33,695 nt of DNA, taken from positions 1-33,695 of the forward strand of contig JBHIDS010000003.1 in NCBI GenBank assembly GCA_046760205.1, read 5' to 3'. The position numbers and the translations under genes are program-made. This stretch comes from Candidatus Methanofastidiosia archaeon. GTDB taxonomy: Archaea > Methanobacteriota_B > Thermococci > Methanofastidiosales > SZ-28-30. The notes under the pieces were generated by a model. That model did not search any database, was not told where the DNA came from, and was given only the letters and a program-made list of their open reading frames with translations. Positions within the stretch are counted from its first letter, which is position 1, and each line of letters begins with the position of its first letter. Positions 28,142 through 33,695 of the stretch are shown here, piece after piece.

Positions 28142-28879
28142 ATGGGTTTCTATCACTTAGATACCAAGAACAGAGAGATGGAAGTACTCTTGGTAGAAAA
28201 CATAGACATGCAGGAGCACATCCAAAACTATATTAGAAGAACTGCAAAGCTCTTCAACTTCACCACAAAAGATGTGATTGAGAGAGATCCAAGAACCATC
28301 ATCACTCAGATAGAGAACCAAAACTTTCAGTTCTTGAGGTTGAGATTCAACGATCCCTCTCCTGGGGTTGCAAAGTCTCTGGTTCTAGAGGGAATCCTTG
28401 AGCTCTCTCCCTTAAAAGATCCAAGAGAGATCTTCAAGGACTTCAAGAGGTACGAGTGTGAGATGAACCTCATAAATTTGAGCACAGAATTTCTGCCTTC
28501 AATGGTCTTGAGAAGGTTGAGAGAGGTTATGAGAGATTTTGAGATTTTAAATGAGCTCTCTTCAAAACTAAACTCTGACAAAACCTTTGACCATTTTGTG
28601 AGATACTTTGGGCTTGAGATCTTTGAGTTTCAGGTGAAGTTTGGAATGCCTATGCACGATGAGGGGTATAGGAGGTCTGTGCTCTCTTCGGATTTCTCAG
28701 ACCTTCCAGTTTCAAACCAGATTCTCTGGGACATTTACTTGGAGATAACCATCTCTGAGAAGCTCGTTCAGTGGACCTGGTACTATTTAAGAGAGGAGGA
28801 GTGCAAAGAGATAGTAAATATCTTCAACAGGATTTGTTCTTATCTTGAGCAACTTGGACTTTTAGGTGAAGAATTTTAG
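28142..28879 (+). CDS. Hypothetical protein
   Basis: 245-aa ORF with host-like codon usage and no recognised motif. The start may be ATG 28178. Confidence 0.65.
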   Translation: MGFYHLDTKNREMEVLLVENIDMQEHIQNYIRRTAKLFNFTTKDVIERDPRTIITQIENQNFQFLRLRFNDPSPGVAKSLVLEGILELSPLKDPREIFKDFKRYECEMNLINLSTEFLPSMVLRRLREVMRDFEILNELSSKLNSDKTFDHFVRYFGLEIFEFQVKFGMPMHDEGYRRSVLSSDFSDLPVSNQILWDIYLEITISEKLVQWTWYYLREEECKEIVNIFNRICSYLEQLGLLGEEF

Positions 28880-28895
28880 AAAAGGAGGTTGACTC

Positions 28896-29312
28896 ATGTT
28901 GAAGTTGGTGGGTATAGGGCTTCTATTGGTTGGGATTCTGGTTTATATTTCAGCAACAGATTACATCTCAGAGGAATTTGTCCTAGAGGGAGAGGAGGTT
29001 GTATTAGATTACGAATTTTCCAGGTTGGATCCCATGGCTCACAGACTCTCAGGCGAGATAGAGTCTGAAAGAGAGATCACCATTTCACTTTCTGGAAGTA
29101 AAGCCTTTGAAAAAAGAGGAAAAAGAATAAAAATTGATGAGAGTTTTTCAAAGGGAGAGAGAATAGTGCTAAAGCTCTCAAATTCAACTCCCACGAAGGT
29201 GAGATATGATCTAAAGCTGGTTTGCTACTCCTACATCTACTCAGGTTCTCTCTTTACTTTCTTAGGAGCCATTCTCTTGTTGTTGGGATTTTTCTTTGAG
29301 AGAAAGGCTTAA
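28896..29312 (+). CDS. Hypothetical membrane-anchored protein
   Basis: SD AGGAGG; N- and C-terminal hydrophobic helices flank a small beta-rich domain. Confidence 0.7.
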   Translation: MLKLVGIGLLLVGILVYISATDYISEEFVLEGEEVVLDYEFSRLDPMAHRLSGEIESEREITISLSGSKAFEKRGKRIKIDESFSKGERIVLKLSNSTPTKVRYDLKLVCYSYIYSGSLFTFLGAILLLLGFFFERKA

Positions 29313-29329
29313 AAATCATCACTATAAAA

Positions 29330-29376
29330 GCCCCGAGCATCGCCGAAGGTTTGCTTGGTGGTCAGCCTCTCTTTTT
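29330..29376. other. GC-rich hairpin: candidate small RNA or terminator
   Basis: Stem CCGAGCA/TGCTTGG encloses GCCGAAGGT (CUUCGG on the minus strand) and is followed by TCTCTTTTT, within an AT-rich gap. Confidence 0.3.
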
Positions 29377-29540
29377 GCTCTTAACAGAAAGATTTATATC
29401 ATCGGAAATCGAGATCTTGTTTTTCATGCAAAAAAGAAGAAATCCAAGGGTTTAAATTTTCTATTATGGCTTAGCCATAATAGAAAAATAAGTTCAATAT
29501 ATATTGAATTTTACTTTTGTAAAGTACAAATTTTTTTGAA

Positions 29541-29589
29541 CCAAAAAGCTTAAATAATAAGTTGATTATATAAAAAAACTTAGAGGTGA
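29541..29589 (+). promoter_or_regulatory. BRE-TATA promoter and SD of the peptide cluster
   Basis: CCAAAAAGCTTAAATA at 29541-56; GAGGTGA at 29583-89. Confidence 0.6.
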
Positions 29590-29590
29590 G

Positions 29591-29902
29591 GTGATGAGAA
29601 GGAACAAGGCAATTGCATTGTTGGTTTGTGTGAACTTGTTTTTGGTTGGAAGTGCAATGGTTGTAGAACAAGCTGGTTGGATAATTGCTAATAGTGCTGG
29701 TTGTACAAGCACGCAATATGCTAGAGCTTACAACACTGGAAGCACAGGTGGTGGAGGAGGTTGCGGAGGAGGATGGGGGGAACTTGGAGATTATGAGACA
29801 TGGGCTCTTATATGGTCTGGAGCATATTGGGGGGCAAAAGCTGGAACAGAAATAGGTGGAGCTGTGGGAGGTTTTATTGGAGGACTAGTGGGGGGATTGT
29901 AG
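29591..29902 (+). CDS. Gly-rich secreted peptide, putative (circular) bacteriocin/archaeocin precursor
   Basis: Basic-hydrophobic leader, poly-Gly linker, and a C-terminal glycine zipper GAKAGTEIGGAVGGFIGGLVGGL. Directly upstream of SpoIIM and Yip1 genes. Start is GTG 29591 or ATG 29594. Confidence 0.65.
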   Translation: MMRRNKAIALLVCVNLFLVGSAMVVEQAGWIIANSAGCTSTQYARAYNTGSTGGGGGCGGGWGELGDYETWALIWSGAYWGAKAGTEIGGAVGGFIGGLVGGL

Positions 29903-29936
29903 TTCATTTGAATTTCTATAAATTTTTTTAATTGAG

Positions 29937-30287
29937 GTGGTAAAATTGAAAAAAGAAGTGCCTGGAGTGGCTGGATATCTAGCAGGACTAGTGGTGATAC
30001 TTATAATTTATTATTTATTTAGGCCAATTAGCGAGATATTTAATATATCATTTGCTGTTGTTTTAGGATTTAGTGTTGGAATAAGTGTTGATGAAATTTT
30101 GTCAAAGGGTAGAATAAGGAAAGAAACAATAGTTGGAGGTATAGCTGGAGCTATAGTTGCTGGAATAACATTTTTTTATCTACTCGAGGTAGGAGTAGCA
30201 GAAATTTTCAGTTGGGCTTTGAGTTTTACTTTGGGTTTTGGTATTTTTACATTGAGTGAATATGTTGTTTCAAAAAGGAAAAGTTAA
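29937..30287 (+). CDS. Small 4-TM protein, putative immunity protein
   Basis: 116 aa, four hydrophobic segments in two similar halves, basic termini. The role is inferred from position only. Confidence 0.55.
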   Translation: MVKLKKEVPGVAGYLAGLVVILIIYYLFRPISEIFNISFAVVLGFSVGISVDEILSKGRIRKETIVGGIAGAIVAGITFFYLLEVGVAEIFSWALSFTLGFGIFTLSEYVVSKRKS

Positions 30288-30308
30288 ACAGAATTTTATG
30301 GTGATAGA

Positions 30309-30872
30309 ATGATTGTAAATTTTCTTTTTAGAAACAGAATACCTTTGCTTTTAGCATTTTTTATTTATGTTTTAAGTTTTTCAATAGGAATGTTTTTATC
30401 ATATAACTCAGAAATTCACCAACCAATTCCAGAATCGTTCTATGATATGAATCCATACAGAATAAAAGGTAATCCAGATAGTCCTTTGTTTTTTCTGAAA
30501 TACAATTTGCTGGTAATAACAATATTAATAGTTGGAGGATTTTCCTTGGGAATACTTACCTTATTAAACCTCGCCTTCAATGGCTTAATATTTGGGGTTG
30601 TTATAGGAGATTTTCTTAATAAAATTTCCATCTCAAAAATCTTGATTTTAACCCTTCCTCACGGAATCTTTGAGCTTCCAGCAACCTTGCTTGCTGGAAC
30701 TGTAGGCTTTCTGATTGCAAAATCCTTTTATAACTACCTAAGGTTTGGAGAGGAACCTTTGAAAAAACAAGAGCAAAAAGATATTTTTGCTTTATCTACC
30801 TTCTCAATCGTTTTGATCGTTGTTGCAGCAATAGTTGAGGCAAAGATAACAACCCAATTTATAGGTGGTTGA
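30309..30872 (+). CDS. SpoIIM / DUF95 family membrane protein
   Basis: LAFNG, LPHGIFELPA and VAAIVEA motifs. Confidence 0.85.
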   Translation: MIVNFLFRNRIPLLLAFFIYVLSFSIGMFLSYNSEIHQPIPESFYDMNPYRIKGNPDSPLFFLKYNLLVITILIVGGFSLGILTLLNLAFNGLIFGVVIGDFLNKISISKILILTLPHGIFELPATLLAGTVGFLIAKSFYNYLRFGEEPLKKQEQKDIFALSTFSIVLIVVAAIVEAKITTQFIGG

Positions 30873-31520
30873 ATGAACAGAATTATTGGGATTTTGGTAA
30901 AACCAGTAGGAACAATAAGAGAAATCAATGAGGAAAAAGTAGATTTGAATAAACCATTTTTAATTGTTTTTCTCATAGCTTTTTTTAATTTTATCACTGC
31001 ATTCTTCATGTTGAATGAGATGGCAAAAGTACTTCCAAAAGAACATAGACCCTTTTTTTGGGCAGGGGCAACTGGTGGAGTGCTTGGTGCCACTCTTGCA
31101 GTATTTTTAAATTGGATAATTATTGCTGGAATATTTCATTTATTAGCTTTGGCATTGGGAGGGAAAGGTAGCTTTAGAAAAATCTTGGAAATATTTGGCT
31201 GGGCTCACATTCCAAAAATTTTTTCAGCTATTTTTGTGTTGATTATCATTGTTACAATGTTTCCAAAAGAAGTGCCTTCAAGCATAGATGTAGAAAGTAT
31301 TCGATTGTTGTTTCAAAATTCTTTGTCAATCAAAGCAACGAAAATTATTCAAAGAATCTTCTTATACTGGACTCTATCTCTCTTAGGGATTGGAATCTAT
31401 TTTAATCACAAAATTTCAAAAATTAGAACAACTTTGGTAATTGTTTTGCCAGTCTTGATTTACACATTTTTTGATGTTTTTTTGAAAGATCTCATATTGA
31501 GATATCTTGGGTTTCCCTAA
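30873..31520 (+). CDS. Yip1-domain membrane protein
   Basis: N-terminal ILVKP...I.E, WII.AGIFH...LGGKGSF and GWAHIP; 5 TM segments. Confidence 0.8.
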   Translation: MNRIIGILVKPVGTIREINEEKVDLNKPFLIVFLIAFFNFITAFFMLNEMAKVLPKEHRPFFWAGATGGVLGATLAVFLNWIIIAGIFHLLALALGGKGSFRKILEIFGWAHIPKIFSAIFVLIIIVTMFPKEVPSSIDVESIRLLFQNSLSIKATKIIQRIFLYWTLSLLGIGIYFNHKISKIRTTLVIVLPVLIYTFFDVFLKDLILRYLGFP

Positions 31521-31599
31521 TCCTCAACTTTCTCCTTTATCTTTTCCAAAAATTTGTCATAGAAATCAACTTAAAAATAATCTTAGAAGAAAAAGAATA

Positions 31600-31616
31600 A
31601 GAGAAAGGCTTAAATA
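31600..31616 (+). promoter_or_regulatory. BRE-TATA promoter of the tRNA pair
   Basis: AGAGAAAGGCTTAAATA; the TATA starts about 31 nt before tRNA-Thr. Confidence 0.65.
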
Positions 31617-31640
31617 ATCATTCAAAAGAAAACATTTGAG

Positions 31641-31797
31641 GCCTCGGTGGCTTAGCGGTAGAGCGACCGCCTCGTAAGAACCCCTTTTCTTTCTTAAAAG
31701 AAAGAAAAGCTGTTCATGGGAAAAGAAAGAATTTTTCTCTTTCAAAAAAAGGTTCAGAGAGAGCGGTAGGTCGGGGGTTCGAATCCCCCCCGAGGCT
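31641..31797 (+). tRNA. tRNA-Thr(CGT) with an 85-nt intron at position 37/38 (31677-31761)
   Basis: Acceptor stem GCCTCGG/CCGAGGC, anticodon stem ACCGC/GCGGT, loop CT-CGT-A|A, T arm GGGGG-TTCGAAT-CCCCC. BHB motif with bulges TAA and AGA and outer helix GAACC/GGTTC. Confidence 0.92.
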
Positions 31798-31799
31798 TT

Positions 31800-31873
31800 G
31801 GGGTCGTAGGGTAGCTTGGTGATCCTTGTGCCTTCGGGAGGCATAGACTCGAGTTCGAATCTCGGCGACCCCA
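31800..31873 (+). tRNA. tRNA-Pro(CGG)
   Basis: Acceptor stem GGGGTCG/CGACCCC, anticodon arm GTGCC-TTCGGGA-GGCAT, T loop TTCGAAT; CCA is not encoded. Confidence 0.95.
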
Positions 31874-31919
31874 TAAAATATTTAGATAAACCTTATAAAC
31901 CTTCAAAGGAATCCAAAAT

Positions 31920-33173
31920 ATGAAGTACCAGAGCTTCACCTCCCCAAGGTGCAAGATCTTTGTGGAGATGGATAAAACTCTGAAAATATCGAGAGAAAAA
32001 TGCATAACCTGCAAGGGGAGATTGCTCTGTGGACTTCCAGCTTGCCCGATACTAGAGCAGGTGAAGGTTCAGAGATTGAAGAAAGAAAAACTAAGGAAAA
32101 ACTTTCAGGGTCCTGCACCCTCTCTCTTTGTGAGTTGGCACGACTATCCCAACGTCAACGTAGGATTTCTCTCTCTTCCATTTCACACAGAAGATTCAAT
32201 GATTTATGATGATCCAGCAAGATGGTATGGACTTGGATTTCCTGAGATCATAGAGTACAGATCAAGCCTTGTACGTTCAATGGAAAAGTGTAACGTTAAG
32301 GATAAAGGAAAACTCACCCAAAACCTTGAGGAGATTTCTGCCTCTGAAATTCCAGTTGAGGTTGAGATTGGGTTGAAGTCAAAGCCCAAATTCCAAGTGG
32401 TTTTCTCAGCCATAGCACAACCTATGGGACCTTTTGGCAAGCTCAAAAGCTTCAAGATAACGGAAAATCCTAAGATTCCAAAAAAAGTGGATAGAATTCT
32501 TGGAGATGAGCTCAAGGCTGCAGACTCTTTAAACCTTTTGTACAGAAAAGGACTCGATGTTTACTATCTTGAAAGAATCTTCAGTGCGGGAATTTTGGGA
32601 AATGAGAGAAAGCTGGTGCCGACCAGATGGAGCATTACAGCTGTAGACAACATTCTATCTAATCGTATGATAGATGAAATCAAAAACTTTAAGATTTTGG
32701 AGAATTTCAAGATATTTTCAAATTCCTATCTTGGAAACCACTTCGAGATTCTGCTCATGCCTGAAAGATGGCGATACGAGCAGCTTGAGGCTTGGGTTCC
32801 AAATACATTCTGGACTTTAGGACTCAGTGAGATAAAGCTCATAGGGGAGCACGAAACCTACTTTGGAAGGAGTGACTATGCCATTCGAGAGGGTGGGGGT
32901 TACTATGCAGTAAGGTTTGCAGTTTGTGAGCTTTTAAAAAGCATGAGAAGACAAGCTACAGTTCTTGTTTTTAGAGAGACCTCGAAAGATTACTATCTTT
33001 CTGTTGGAGTATGGGAGTGTCGAGAAAATATAAGGAATGCCAGAGAGATTTCAGAGTTTGAGAGTTTAAAAGATGCCTTGAACGACATTGGGGGGAGGTT
33101 GAGGATACCAATCAAAGATTGGAAAAAGAAAAGCATTATTCTAAACCAAGAAAAACTGGATCACTGGATTTAA
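31920..33173 (+). CDS. nreA: Nre family archaeal DNA repair protein
   Basis: CxxCKGRLLCGxxxCP zinc finger, PSLFV, RKLVPTRWSITAVD, GGYYA and C-terminal PIP box QEKLDHWI. The start may be ATG 31968. Confidence 0.9.
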   Translation: MKYQSFTSPRCKIFVEMDKTLKISREKCITCKGRLLCGLPACPILEQVKVQRLKKEKLRKNFQGPAPSLFVSWHDYPNVNVGFLSLPFHTEDSMIYDDPARWYGLGFPEIIEYRSSLVRSMEKCNVKDKGKLTQNLEEISASEIPVEVEIGLKSKPKFQVVFSAIAQPMGPFGKLKSFKITENPKIPKKVDRILGDELKAADSLNLLYRKGLDVYYLERIFSAGILGNERKLVPTRWSITAVDNILSNRMIDEIKNFKILENFKIFSNSYLGNHFEILLMPERWRYEQLEAWVPNTFWTLGLSEIKLIGEHETYFGRSDYAIREGGGYYAVRFAVCELLKSMRRQATVLVFRETSKDYYLSVGVWECRENIRNAREISEFESLKDALNDIGGRLRIPIKDWKKKSIILNQEKLDHWI

Positions 33174-33226
33174 CCTGTAGGCAAAGCTTTAAATGTTTCA
33201 TTTCATATTAAAACAGAGGTAGTCGG

Positions 33227-33508
33227 ATGCCTGAAGATGATAGTGAGAAGGAGATAGAGAAAGCCTTAGATGAGTACATAGAACTCCAAGTAGAAAGGCT
33301 AGTAACAGAGAAATTGAAAAGATTGGTATCAGTGGAAGTTTCAAAACTCAAAAAAGAGTTAAAAGATTTTGTGAGAGAAGAAGTTTCAAGTTTAAGAGAA
33401 AAACCAAAGATTCTTGAGGAAAGTCCGAAAGAGGATGAGAAGATAAAGAAAGCCTTTGAGAGCCTTCGCGAGGCAAAGCTTAAACAGAGCAAAATTTTAG
33501 GTGAGTGA
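33227..33508 (+). CDS. Hypothetical charged coiled-coil protein (93 aa)
   Basis: TATA-like CTTTAAAT at about 33187 and SD GAGGT; sequence is E/K-rich and helical. Confidence 0.7.
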   Translation: MPEDDSEKEIEKALDEYIELQVERLVTEKLKRLVSVEVSKLKKELKDFVREEVSSLREKPKILEESPKEDEKIKKAFESLREAKLKQSKILGE

Positions 33509-33686
33509 GATGCCTACTTGCTTATTTTGTGGAAAGGAGAAGAAGACCCACTGGAAGACGGATCTTTTGATAGATTACAAAGTGGATACCCTTAGAGTAA
33601 CGGTTTGCAGAGATTGCAGAAAACACAAGATTTCATCCCTCTATGTTAAGGCTTTAGAGAAGGCTGCAGAGGAAGAGAGATGGTGA
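33501..33686 (+). CDS. Small zinc-binding protein (CxxC...CxxC)
   Basis: CLFCG and CRDC; coupled to the upstream gene. The start may be ATG 33510. Confidence 0.65.
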   Translation: MSEMPTCLFCGKEKKTHWKTDLLIDYKVDTLRVTVCRDCRKHKISSLYVKALEKAAEEERW

Positions 33687-33695
33687 GGGCAACCG

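Noticed and set aside
29330-29376. Fluoride riboswitch or hammerhead ribozyme
   Set aside because: GGCGATG and CTGA words are present on the minus strand, but the order and remaining consensus elements do not fit.
29296-29716. ORFs 29296..29553 and 29471..29716
   Set aside because: They cross promoter or hairpin sequence or lie antisense to the precursor, with no SD or motifs.
31566-31874. 102-aa minus-strand ORF (and 31754..32014)
   Set aside because: Antisense shadow of the two tRNA genes.
33680-33695. Possible next gene start (ATG GTG AGG GCA ACC)
   Set aside because: Only five codons are visible, so it cannot be supported.

Overview
AT-rich archaeal window. Evidence for the domain: BRE/TATA promoters, a tRNA with a BHB-type intron, Nre with a PIP box, AglJ and an AglB/STT3-like enzyme. 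The lineage cannot be fixed from sequence alone. From left to right: a truncated, divergent polyprenyl-synthase-family gene; two small ORFs missed by the ORF track (54 aa, and a 48-aa Zn-finger); a complete, translationally coupled bacillithiol operon (bshC-bshB1-bshA); an epimerase; an FG-GAP-repeat/CPBP protease fusion; a ~20 kb surface-glycosylation locus (AglJ, epimerase, four GT4s, radical SAM, AlkP-superfamily protein, two methyltransferases, membrane proteins, flippase, an AglB-like protein with WWDYT); a four-gene circular-bacteriocin-like cluster (Gly-rich precursor, small membrane protein, SpoIIM/DUF95, Yip1); tRNA-Thr(CGT) with an 85-nt intron plus tRNA-Pro(CGG); nre; and two small genes. 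The glycosylation locus is interrupted by an apparent integron gene cassette (GTTAGGC core to an attC-like site, no integrase in the window). It encodes a Zn-deaminase fused to a RecG-C/HATPase-like and winged-HTH module. The best candidates for novelty are this cassette, the archaeal bacillithiol operon and the bacteriocin-like cluster.
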